A DNA stretch of 64,000 bases from Candidatus Sigynarchaeum calidifontis (GTDB lineage: Archaea; Asgardarchaeota; Lokiarchaeia; Sigyniarchaeales; Sigyniarchaeaceae). The DNA lies in NCBI GenBank assembly GCA_030587475.2, contig JAUQYZ020000035.1, positions 10,296 to 74,295 on the forward strand, written 5' to 3'. The position numbers and the translations under genes are program-made. Each line of letters opens with the position of its first letter. Position 1 is the first letter of the stretch. A model generated the notes under the pieces. The model ran no database searches. It was given only the letters and a program-made list of their open reading frames with translations, and was not told where the DNA came from. Positions 33,524-42,151 of this stretch are shown piece after piece.

Positions 33524-34051
33524 ATGCCTTTCATTTTCAACATGATCATCTCAACACCACGAAATTTCGAAACTGATGGGCTAGCTGAACTAGATTTTCT
33601 TGTCCATCAGATATTTCCCGAAAACAAGCTCAATTACGGAAAAACCATCGTCACGGGCCTGATCTGGGGGAACTTGATAGGTGTAGATCCAGTCTTGGCC
33701 GTCCATCGCATCAAGGATTTTGTTCGTGAAAAGGGCTTCCCCCTTCAATATCTCCTTAAATTCGTTCCCATACAAAAAGTGTTGTTGACCGATTTCGACG
33801 AGATAGAGAAGTATATCTTGAGCCAAATCGATCAAATCCGTGACGATGAGAAATACAAAGTCGTCGTGAACAAGAGACGCATTCATTATGAAAAAATCGA
33901 GATCATCGAAAAGATTACTAAAAACATTCATAAAATAGTTGATCTCGAGCATCCGGATAAAATCATCAGGCTTGAAATCATTGGAAAGTACACGGGTATT
34001 TCGATAATCAAGGAAAGTGACGTTTTCAGCACGGGTAAGAAGGTCATCTAG
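33524..34051 (+). CDS. THUMP-domain protein (Tan1-like)
   Basis: KFVPIQKV, YKVVVNKR, VDLEHPDKIIRLEIIGKYTGISI. Confidence 0.85.
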   Translation: MPFIFNMIISTPRNFETDGLAELDFLVHQIFPENKLNYGKTIVTGLIWGNLIGVDPVLAVHRIKDFVREKGFPLQYLLKFVPIQKVLLTDFDEIEKYILSQIDQIRDDEKYKVVVNKRRIHYEKIEIIEKITKNIHKIVDLEHPDKIIRLEIIGKYTGISIIKESDVFSTGKKVI

Positions 34052-34689
34052 TTCTTTTGTTGCATGGTCAATGAAAAAATAGCCATTCTCGCGGCTGCTA
34101 CCTTGATAAGCCAGTCCGCCACGCCATATCTCTCAGACAACATTTCAACACGAGGTTCGTCATGACCAACCCAGGCATGGAAAAGTGCCCCATCCATTAA
34201 AAACGGCGTGTATTGCGGTTGAATCGGTTGGTATGAGAAATGGTTATTAAACGCGGAAATTATATCCGTGATGTCTTGAACATTCTCGGATTCATAAACG
34301 ATGATCATTACCACGCCATCATTTACCTCACGAGGCTTGTGGAATGAATCAGGTATTATATATTGCTTGATCACGCCTATTTGATTCGTGCTAAAGATAT
34401 GCATGAGAATATTTATTACCGGATTTTCACTAACAATTATTCCATGCACAAGTTTATCTTTAAACGCGTGAAAAACGCCGTTCACAACGATATCTTCTTG
34501 AAATACCAGTTTTGCTTCAAGAAAGAGTGTAATCACGCCGTTGAATTCGCTCTTGCTGGTGCTAAAGTCGATTAAACTCATCTTGCCGTCCTTCGACACG
34601 ACATGATCGATATAATGAAAGACCACTGCAATGTTCTTGCCAGCGATATTGAACTCGTGATGATTTCTCCCGGGCACGTGCCAAGTCAA
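34048..34689 (-). CDS. KEOPS subunit Cgi121-like protein (divergent)
   Basis: VFHAFK...INILMHIFSTNQI and terminal ARMAIF loosely match the Cgi121 pattern. Confidence 0.45.
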   Translation of the reverse strand: MTWHVPGRNHHEFNIAGKNIAVVFHYIDHVVSKDGKMSLIDFSTSKSEFNGVITLFLEAKLVFQEDIVVNGVFHAFKDKLVHGIIVSENPVINILMHIFSTNQIGVIKQYIIPDSFHKPREVNDGVVMIIVYESENVQDITDIISAFNNHFSYQPIQPQYTPFLMDGALFHAWVGHDEPRVEMLSERYGVADWLIKVAAARMAIFSLTMQQKN

Positions 34690-34735
34690 GGGGGCAAGAA
34701 TAAAATAGGTTTCAGCTTATCAAGATCGATACAAG

Positions 34736-35269
34736 TTGTTTGATTCGCGAACCCTTTTCGAGAATGTTGACTGCCCTAGTTGCGGAAAGCCGGCCCTCAG
34801 TCAAAAAGTTCACTTCTATAAGGAGCCCCGGTCAAAGGATGAAATGTTGTTTTTCATCACGTTGTGTGAGGCCTGTGCGTTCAAGAAAACGGAGATCATG
34901 CCCGTCGCGCCTAGTACTCATGCGAAATCCAATCATTATCGTATTTCTATCAAAGATCCAAAGGATTTAGAAATTAAAATATTTCGTGCTTCGACTGGTT
35001 CCATCGAAATCCCGGAGTTGGAGATCAAGCTCGAGCCTGGACCCTCGGCCGAATTCTTTATTACGAACATAGAGCGTATTCTCTTGAAATTCAAGGAAAG
35101 TTGTCAATTTCTCCTCAGAAATGATCCCGAACCGTCCGCGAAAGAAATTCTTGAAAAGCGGATTCGGGAGCTCGATGAATGCCTCGCGGTGAAGCGAGAA
35201 TTCACTGTGTTGATAGATGATCCGGAAGGATTTAGCTATGTCCTCCCTCCTAATCAGAACCTTGCATGA
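34736..35269 (+). CDS. ZPR1 zinc-finger domain protein
   Basis: CPSCG..CEACAFK, IEIPELEIKLEPGP, FITNIE, DDPEG. Confidence 0.92.
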   Translation: MFDSRTLFENVDCPSCGKPALSQKVHFYKEPRSKDEMLFFITLCEACAFKKTEIMPVAPSTHAKSNHYRISIKDPKDLEIKIFRASTGSIEIPELEIKLEPGPSAEFFITNIERILLKFKESCQFLLRNDPEPSAKEILEKRIRELDECLAVKREFTVLIDDPEGFSYVLPPNQNLA

Positions 35270-35417
35270 CCACTCTATTGCTTTTTACTGCGCGCGATGT
35301 CCAAAGCCCGCCATCCTAGCAGAAACCTTATTGTACCAGCGAGATTCATGAGATCAATTTCTCACGTGTGTAAGCATGCACGTGAATATCAACTCATTAC
35401 CATGTTGTGAACGACTT

Positions 35418-36644
35418 ATGCCCGGAAAGAAGCGTGTCGGCCTCCTCACCGGGGGCGGAGATGCCCCTGGCTTGAATGCCGTTATTTATGGCGCATTACT
35501 ACGTGCCTACGAAGCAGGGAACATAGAAATCGTCGGGATCAAGAAGGGGTGGAAGCTTTTCGATATGCAAAAGGAAAAAATTACACCCGACGTGATCGAC
35601 AAGTATCTGGTTGCCCTGGATATCGCTGAACTTGATGATTTGCAGCTGAAAGGGGGTACCATTTTATATTCAACGCGTACGAACCCGTTTAAGGACGTGT
35701 TGAAAGTCAAGGATGAAGCGGAGCGGGAAAAGATTCGCGAGAAGGTGGGAAAGGACCTGGCCGAGAAAATGAAATTGCTAAACCTTGATGCGTTGATCGC
35801 CGTTGGTGGCGATGACACGCTGGGCGTGTCAGCAGCCATGTTCAAGTACGGCCAAGCGAGGGTGGTTGGATGCCCGAAAACGATAGATAATGACCTTGCC
35901 GGAACAGATTTCACCTTCGGCTTTTTCAGCGGCGCACAGCTTGCAAGCAATACGCTTGAAAACCTCACGACGACCGCGAAATCACATCAACGTATCTTCG
36001 TTGTCGAGGTTATGGGGCGAGATGCCGGCTGGCTCACCTTGTATAGCGGTTTGTCCGCGGGTTCTGATATAATCCTGCTTCCGGAAACACCTTTTGATAT
36101 GGAAAAAGATATAATAGATTTGCTCAAGGAGCGCGTCAAGGCGGGATATGATTATCATATCATCGCTTGTGCCGAGGGCGCGTATCCCACTCAAAAATCG
36201 ATCGAAACCCACTTCAAGACCATCACGAAGGAAACCATCGAAAAACTGCCAAAGGATGCATTCGGGAACCCGAACCTCGCTTCCTTGAACATTGCAAGCG
36301 TGCTCGAGAAAGAATTGAACAAGCGCGAGGATTTGAAGAAATTCTTTGAAAAATATGACTGCGAATACGAAGTGCGCTCGGTTGTTCTAGGACACACCAT
36401 GCGCGCTGGCCCGCCAAATGTATTCGACCGCGTTCTAGGATTACGATTTGGTTGGCATGCCATGGGCTATGTGATCGAGGAGAAATTCGGGAAAATGACA
36501 TCGTTACAAGGCTCGAAGATCGTCCCTACAGACCTTATTCAAGGATCCACGAAGAAACTAATAGATCCTGCATCTGATCTGGTTACTATTAAAAACGCAA
36601 TGTGCCACGTCAAACACAAAGCCAAGCAGAAGATATCCCAATAA
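35418..36644 (+). CDS. PfkA-family phosphofructokinase, probably PPi-dependent
   Basis: TGGGDAPGLNAVI, GGDDT, PKTIDND, VMGRDAGW, LGHTMRAG. Confidence 0.92.
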   Translation: MPGKKRVGLLTGGGDAPGLNAVIYGALLRAYEAGNIEIVGIKKGWKLFDMQKEKITPDVIDKYLVALDIAELDDLQLKGGTILYSTRTNPFKDVLKVKDEAEREKIREKVGKDLAEKMKLLNLDALIAVGGDDTLGVSAAMFKYGQARVVGCPKTIDNDLAGTDFTFGFFSGAQLASNTLENLTTTAKSHQRIFVVEVMGRDAGWLTLYSGLSAGSDIILLPETPFDMEKDIIDLLKERVKAGYDYHIIACAEGAYPTQKSIETHFKTITKETIEKLPKDAFGNPNLASLNIASVLEKELNKREDLKKFFEKYDCEYEVRSVVLGHTMRAGPPNVFDRVLGLRFGWHAMGYVIEEKFGKMTSLQGSKIVPTDLIQGSTKKLIDPASDLVTIKNAMCHVKHKAKQKISQ

Positions 36645-37153
36645 TTTTATTCGTTTTCCTTTTAATACTTTACCTCGATGCATTTTAAGCATGCGTGCTG
36701 CTTTTCACGCATCACGGTTTTCTGTTCTTTTTCATTGCCGGTCTCGAATCGCTGCCAGATAAACGATCAAAGCCAATTTTTTTCAGAGTTTGCAAGATTT
36801 TATTTCAATGCGTGGTCGAATGTGCCCGCGCTATACTCGCGATCTCGCGTGATTCCTGCCCCAATTCTACTTGTAGCGCCTCGCATCGCTGGTTATGCGA
36901 GTGCCGGAGTCAAAGTGCCTCGCGAACACTTTATACATGCGAGATGTGGCATTCCCACCTTTCTGAACCGCCGTGAATTGTCCAATTCGGGGACGCGGCA
37001 TCGATCAAGCATTGCAAGATACCACGAACCAAAGTAAAAGCACGTTCTTGATGTGCGAGATTGCCCTTCTGTAGACTTAGTTTATTTGGTGTTGTTTAAA
37101 TAGGCAGGTGGGATCTGATATCGATCCGAAGAAAAACCCCGTCGTGATCGTGG

Positions 37154-38140
37154 ATGGAACTTGTCGAACAAGTGAAAACGCACCTTGATTCAATCAAAGC
37201 GATAAACGGCGTTGAAAATGTCGTTTTAACCCAAAGGGATGGAAATCCAATAGCATCATCTGGTGTATGGCTGTCCAAAAACGAGATTTTTCATGTTTCT
37301 GCTGCCACGAGTGCAATCTATAATGTTGGGTTGTCATTGCACGGGGTATGGTTGAAATATATGGTTATTGAGGGCCCGAAAGCAAAAATTTTAATCGCTC
37401 CTTTGCACGATGGCGCATTTGCCATTCAGCAGACTTCGGGTTCGACTATGGAATGGGCAGAATATTTCATAGCTCTTACTACGTTATCAAACGTGAATCT
37501 CGGAAGCGTATTTATCAAGACACAAACAACATTGAATAATATAAATGATTTAATCTTAAAATCTAACTGCAATTTCAAACCACCACTTCGGGAATTCAAT
37601 GAAAAGCAAATCGAATACATCCTTAATAAATTCAATTCCAAGCAGGAAAACGACGAGATCAATTCTGTAACATCGTTTGATACGACCCTGGGATTCGAAA
37701 CGTTCCAGAAATGCGAGGAAATCTTGTGGAGTTTTAATAAATGCGTTCCAGATCTGATTTACTCGTGTGTCTCGTTCAAGGGCGGGTATATCGTGAATTC
37801 AATACAACCTCGTTCCGGTTTCAACTTGACACCCGATGCCGAGACTGCAATGTCCTTCTCGCTATACGATACCGCATCGAGATATGCTTGGCTGCTTAAA
37901 AAAATGAATACCAGTTCCATTTTCCTCGATTGCAATCATTATTTTCATTTCATAATGGGGTTCGACGCCGGCATCTTCAGTTCCTTCATTTACAAGAACG
38001 AGCAGAAAATAGGCTTTATCCGATTGCTGTTACCGAAATATTTAGACTTGATCCAGAGGGTTCTTGATGAAAAAACTCGGCATCAACAGCCACCCGAGTT
38101 GGTGCACGAAAAGATGTTCAGCACGCTGTTGATTCGTTAG
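37154..38140 (+). CDS. Tandem roadblock/LC7 (MglB-like) domain protein
   Basis: N-domain GVENVVLTQRDGNPIAS...VNLG; second repeat PDLIYSCVSFKGGYIVNS...KIGFIRL. Confidence 0.8.
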   Translation: MELVEQVKTHLDSIKAINGVENVVLTQRDGNPIASSGVWLSKNEIFHVSAATSAIYNVGLSLHGVWLKYMVIEGPKAKILIAPLHDGAFAIQQTSGSTMEWAEYFIALTTLSNVNLGSVFIKTQTTLNNINDLILKSNCNFKPPLREFNEKQIEYILNKFNSKQENDEINSVTSFDTTLGFETFQKCEEILWSFNKCVPDLIYSCVSFKGGYIVNSIQPRSGFNLTPDAETAMSFSLYDTASRYAWLLKKMNTSSIFLDCNHYFHFIMGFDAGIFSSFIYKNEQKIGFIRLLLPKYLDLIQRVLDEKTRHQQPPELVHEKMFSTLLIR

Positions 38141-38151
38141 GTGAACATGCT

Positions 38152-39054
38152 ATGAACTTGATGGACCTATTGTCGCTTTTCCCGCCGAATGATTTTGCAC
38201 TTGTCTTACGTTGTGTTTTCGACCGGATCCCCGTGTTAGTTGGTGGAAAAGACAAGGATTTTCTTGACGATCTTCTTATCGAATTATGCGATTTTATGCC
38301 CATGCGGAAAGAAGTAATCTTTGGCACGGACTTTCTCGAAAGAGAAGAACACGATGTCATAATTCAGGAAGAACAGATGAATTATGATAACCACCGCCTC
38401 ATTTTTCGTTCGCCAGTAAATTCTGGGGACATGATCCTTCGGAATATCGAAAACATAAAAGGCTGGATAATCGGGTTGTGCATGAACGGGGACGTTGATG
38501 CATTCTATGAAAAGGCTTCACGCATCCGGAAGAAAAGCCCTGTTTCTTTATTTATCAAGTTCAATGAAACAAATCAATTGGAATTCGTGAAATTATATGC
38601 TGAAGATAATAAGAAACTCGATACCAGCTTGGAAAAAACGATCGTCAAGAAGACAATTTCTCAAACGGAACACGCGCTGGAACGAATCAAGCGTGTTTTG
38701 GATAAAAAAATACAAGGAAATAGCGATATCAACTCGTCAATCATCGCGAGCCTTGTCGATCTCGCTCAAGAGGAATCTATCATCAAGGATAACGTTTTCA
38801 AGAAAGAAGTCCTGGAATTTTATCAAGCATCTCGACGCGGCTTGGCCTTGTTAACACGGCTGAACTTTTTAAACCAATTCCAACCAGTTAAGATAGGGAG
38901 AAAAACGTTTTTCGATGCTATCTCATATGACGACGTGAGCACGCCACGCTTCTTGGATTTCATTCAAGCAGAATGGGGCGAGTGTTTCCATGGATTAATT
39001 GATGACAGCCGTCTTTCAGTTCTCGGCGATCACCTCGATAGCCTTTGGGGGTAA
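38152..39054 (+). CDS. Hypothetical protein, putative DENN/folliculin-C-like domain
   Basis: FALVLRCVFDRIPVLVGGKDKDFLDDLLIELCDFMP helix-strand-helix-P pattern; GGTGA SD; lies between roadblock and GTPase genes. Confidence 0.5.
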   Translation: MNLMDLLSLFPPNDFALVLRCVFDRIPVLVGGKDKDFLDDLLIELCDFMPMRKEVIFGTDFLEREEHDVIIQEEQMNYDNHRLIFRSPVNSGDMILRNIENIKGWIIGLCMNGDVDAFYEKASRIRKKSPVSLFIKFNETNQLEFVKLYAEDNKKLDTSLEKTIVKKTISQTEHALERIKRVLDKKIQGNSDINSSIIASLVDLAQEESIIKDNVFKKEVLEFYQASRRGLALLTRLNFLNQFQPVKIGRKTFFDAISYDDVSTPRFLDFIQAEWGECFHGLIDDSRLSVLGDHLDSLWG

Positions 39055-39059
39055 CCACC

Positions 39060-39635
39060 ATGATGATCAACTATAATGGAAGGGTAGTACAAACAAAAAT
39101 CGTTTATTATGGCCCGGCAATGTCGGGAAAGACTACGAGTTTGAAATCATTGTTCAAATTGATGAACAAAGACTCGGACCTGAAATCAATCGAAACCACT
39201 ACTGGAAGAACGCTTTTTTTCGATTTTGGAACGCTAGACTTTAAAGGTATAGAGTGGACGATAAAAATCTACTTGTATTCAACCACAGGCCAAGATTTTT
39301 ATCAAGGCACGAGGCCTGCGACGCTGTGCGGCGTTGATGGCGTCATATTTATCGTGGATTCACAACGAAGTTTACTTCAATACAACAAAAACTCGTGGAA
39401 TGAATTACGTCGGTTCTTTTCCGACAAGATCAAGCAAATTCCCATCGTTATTTGCATGAACAAGTATGATTTCGAGGACAAAATTTCGGATGACTTGTTG
39501 CGTGACGAGTTGAAAATCTCAAAGAATCAAAACATCAAGATCATCCCTTCCGTCGCAATTGCGGGTATCGGTGTCAAAGAGGCATTTTGCGAAGTCATGA
39601 GCCATATATTCCCAAATTTTAAGTTGGAGATCTAA
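39060..39635 (+). CDS. MglA-family small GTPase
   Basis: KIVYYGPAMSGKTT, GRTLFFDF (intrinsic Arg), STTGQ, GVDGVIFIVDSQ, NKYD. Confidence 0.92.
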   Translation: MMINYNGRVVQTKIVYYGPAMSGKTTSLKSLFKLMNKDSDLKSIETTTGRTLFFDFGTLDFKGIEWTIKIYLYSTTGQDFYQGTRPATLCGVDGVIFIVDSQRSLLQYNKNSWNELRRFFSDKIKQIPIVICMNKYDFEDKISDDLLRDELKISKNQNIKIIPSVAIAGIGVKEAFCEVMSHIFPNFKLEI

Positions 39636-39654
39636 CAAAATTCGAGGTGAACGC

Positions 39655-39855
39655 ATGAAAAAAATGATGCGCATCCTATTTGGAAGGGATAAATTGTTTT
39701 ACATGGAGTCGAATTTCGGGCCTGTTGTCGAGGAGGGCTTGATCATCGGCGTTTCTATCGCGGCACTCTTGATACTAATTTCCGTTATCCTGGCCATCCT
39801 GGACAATACTAAAAACCTATTAAATAACTTGACAAACGGCACGATCTTCGGATAG
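39655..39855 (+). CDS. Small single-TM protein, pilin-like
   Basis: GAGGTGA SD; basic leader, FGPVVEEGLIIG, hydrophobic helix, amphipathic tail. Confidence 0.6.
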   Translation: MKKMMRILFGRDKLFYMESNFGPVVEEGLIIGVSIAALLILISVILAILDNTKNLLNNLTNGTIFG

Positions 39856-39863
39856 CTGCGCAA

Positions 39864-40328
39864 TCAAATCTCGTGGATAAAGAATTTCTCAACGCTATCG
39901 AGATAAATAATCTGAGTCTCCACGATATCCGGATTTGTTTGGAAGTTCTTCAAAACCGTGCCAAATGTTTCCTTGTTATCAGTTACGAACAAGGCTATAA
40001 TGGTTTTCTTGTCTTCTGAGATGGCCAGGAAACCGATTCTCTTGTCCACTTTTAATTTATTAACTAGATCCTTGGCTCGTTTCTCACTTTCCTCGAAAAT
40101 ATGTGGCCCAATTTTACAAATGATGAGTGCCTTGTGCTTTAGGCCAACTTTATCCAAGTCCAGTTCTATGGTGAATCTTTTTATGATATTTTGTTCCTTA
40201 AGTTTGTTCACGCGAAAATGGATCGTGGTATCGGCAATGTTCGTCGCCTTGCTAAGCTGGATGAATGGACTTCTTGAATTCTTTAAAAGCTCGTTCAAGA
40301 TGGATAAATCTTTTTCACGCGTTTTCAA
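39864..40328 (-). CDS. Lrp/AsnC-family transcriptional regulator
   Basis: DLSILNELLKNSRSPF...TIHFRVNKL...IIKRFTI..DLDKVG. Confidence 0.92.
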   Translation of the reverse strand: MKTREKDLSILNELLKNSRSPFIQLSKATNIADTTIHFRVNKLKEQNIIKRFTIELDLDKVGLKHKALIICKIGPHIFEESEKRAKDLVNKLKVDKRIGFLAISEDKKTIIALFVTDNKETFGTVLKNFQTNPDIVETQIIYLDSVEKFFIHEI

Positions 40329-40349
40329 GGATTAGATCCACACGCCGGT

Positions 40350-40493
40350 TCATTCATTTTCTTCCTTGCCAGTAGAAAGACCGATGTAGACAAGGATTAT
40401 TATGAACAATACAATTCCCAAGGTCACGATGATGTATTCGAATTGCTGGAGATTGATCTGGAGAAAGTTCAAGAGACGAGCGATCGGGGACAT
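40350..40493 (-). CDS. Small single-TM membrane protein
   Basis: Hydrophobic helix YIIVTLGIVLFIIILVYIGL plus acidic tail; AGGTG before ATG 40493 (start uncertain). Confidence 0.55.
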   Translation of the reverse strand: MSPIARLLNFLQINLQQFEYIIVTLGIVLFIIILVYIGLSTGKEENE

Positions 40494-40630
40494 GATCCGT
40501 GGCACCTTCATAAAATCAAAGTATAATGCTCTTAAAAATTTATGGGATGCTCGTTTTTGCAATCATAAAGCCAGTTATTGCTCTGGGTTGCATCTCGTGT
40601 GAACGGTTGCTTTTTAACAAAAGATGGGCA

Positions 40631-41032
40631 TTAATTTCGATCGCGTTCAAGTAGATCTTTTAAATAATCCAGGTACACGCCATCTTCCTTGTATATCGTT
40701 AAAAACCGGTTGGATCTCTGGCAGATGATTTGCGTAATGACGTGATAACAACAGATTTCATTTTTCTTCGAGACAGCATTGAAGTAAAAATCGTGGCATG
40801 AGCAAAAATGGGGCGGAAGAAGCAAATACTCGTCCATTTTCCCGACGATCAGCCAAAATTGCGAACCCGATGGAAGAAAAACATATTTATACGTATTTAT
40901 TCCACGGATGCTTTCCAAGACCTTATTCCATTTCTGATCGAGGACTTTGAAATACTGCTCCTTGGTGGCTTGATGCATACGAGCGGAATTACAGTATGCT
41001 TCAAGGATTTCATAATAAGCTCTTTTTTCCAT
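40631..41032 (-). CDS. SWIM zinc-finger protein
   Basis: FCSCHDF...CYH (CxC...CxH). Confidence 0.8.
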   Translation of the reverse strand: MEKRAYYEILEAYCNSARMHQATKEQYFKVLDQKWNKVLESIRGINTYKYVFLPSGSQFWLIVGKMDEYLLLPPHFCSCHDFYFNAVSKKNEICCYHVITQIICQRSNRFLTIYKEDGVYLDYLKDLLERDRN

Positions 41033-41230
41033 GTGTTTTTCTTGCCATGTCGTGTTTTCAAGCTTGAATCATAGCAGGACCGGAAACCAAACTGATGTTT
41101 CACTCGTGATTTTCAAGATTGCCCGTTCTTCAATTCACTATTGATGAGCCCGATAATAAACAAATCATGTAATAAGATTCGTGAAAGGAGAAGAACCGGG
41201 GATAGCACGTTATACAAGACCGGATGTTGT

Positions 41231-42151
41231 TCATTGGTTACATTGAATTCTTTTTTTGACCAGTTCCCAATTCATATCCACCCAGTCCTGGATCTTTTGA
41301 ATATCTTGATCGGTGGCTTGTGAAAAGCGTCCTTGCTTTTTGATATATTCGCGAACAGGAATCCTGTTCTCCTTGTCGAGATATCGCTTCGAATTTTTCT
41401 TCAGCGAGAACACGCCATTTTCCTGTTCCCACATGATCCATATCCCCGATTTGATCGCGAGCCGCCCGATCTCGATCGTCTCGGCGGAATCATAACGCCA
41501 ACCCGGGGGGCACGGTGAGAGAATATGCACGAACCTCGTGCCCTTTATCTCCTTGATTTTCTTGAAGGTGGAGAAAACATCTTGCGGATCAGTGCCGTTA
41601 ACGACGCCAACATAGGGGATGTCATGAGCCGCGACGATCCTGGCGATATCCTTTTTCATTTCTTTCTTTCCAAATGGCGTGGTCGTGGTGATCGCCGCGA
41701 AAGGCGTCGAACCGCTTCGCTGCGTGCCCGTATTGGCGTATATCTCGTTATCATAACACGCGTAGATGAAATTGGTTCCCCGTTCAATTGCACCACTCAA
41801 TGCCTGGACACCGATATCCACGGTACCGCCGTCTCCGGCCCAGGTCATGACGGTGATATCCTTCTTGCCAAGAGCTTCATATCCCGCGACAATACCCGCC
41901 GCAGCCGCTGCACCCGCTGCAAATGCCATGTTTATGAACGGGACATTGGGCGATGCAGCTGGCCACAGGCCGATATAGACATTCGTGCAACTTGCAGGGG
42001 CTACGACCACGGTTTTGGGCCCAAGCGCTTTTAAAGCCCACCGTAGAGCGAGCTCGCTCGTGCATCCTGCGCACGCGGAATTGCCACAACATAAGAATTC
42101 ATCCGAGTATTCTTCACTCAACATCTCTTTCATGGACATGTTCTTCATCAC
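41231..42151 (-). CDS. porB: 2-oxoacid:ferredoxin oxidoreductase beta subunit
   Basis: ACAGC, GDGGTVDIG..DNE TPP-binding motif, SPCPPGW. Confidence 0.93.
   Translation of the reverse strand: MMKNMSMKEMLSEEYSDEFLCCGNSACAGCTSELALRWALKALGPKTVVVAPASCTNVYIGLWPAASPNVPFINMAFAAGAAAAAGIVAGYEALGKKDITVMTWAGDGGTVDIGVQALSGAIERGTNFIYACYDNEIYANTGTQRSGSTPFAAITTTTPFGKKEMKKDIARIVAAHDIPYVGVVNGTDPQDVFSTFKKIKEIKGTRFVHILSPCPPGWRYDSAETIEIGRLAIKSGIWIMWEQENGVFSLKKNSKRYLDKENRIPVREYIKKQGRFSQATDQDIQKIQDWVDMNWELVKKRIQCNQ

Noticed and set aside
36678-37037. 119-aa ORF in the gap before the roadblock operon
   Set aside because: Atypical composition, no SD or motif; more likely a regulatory intergenic region
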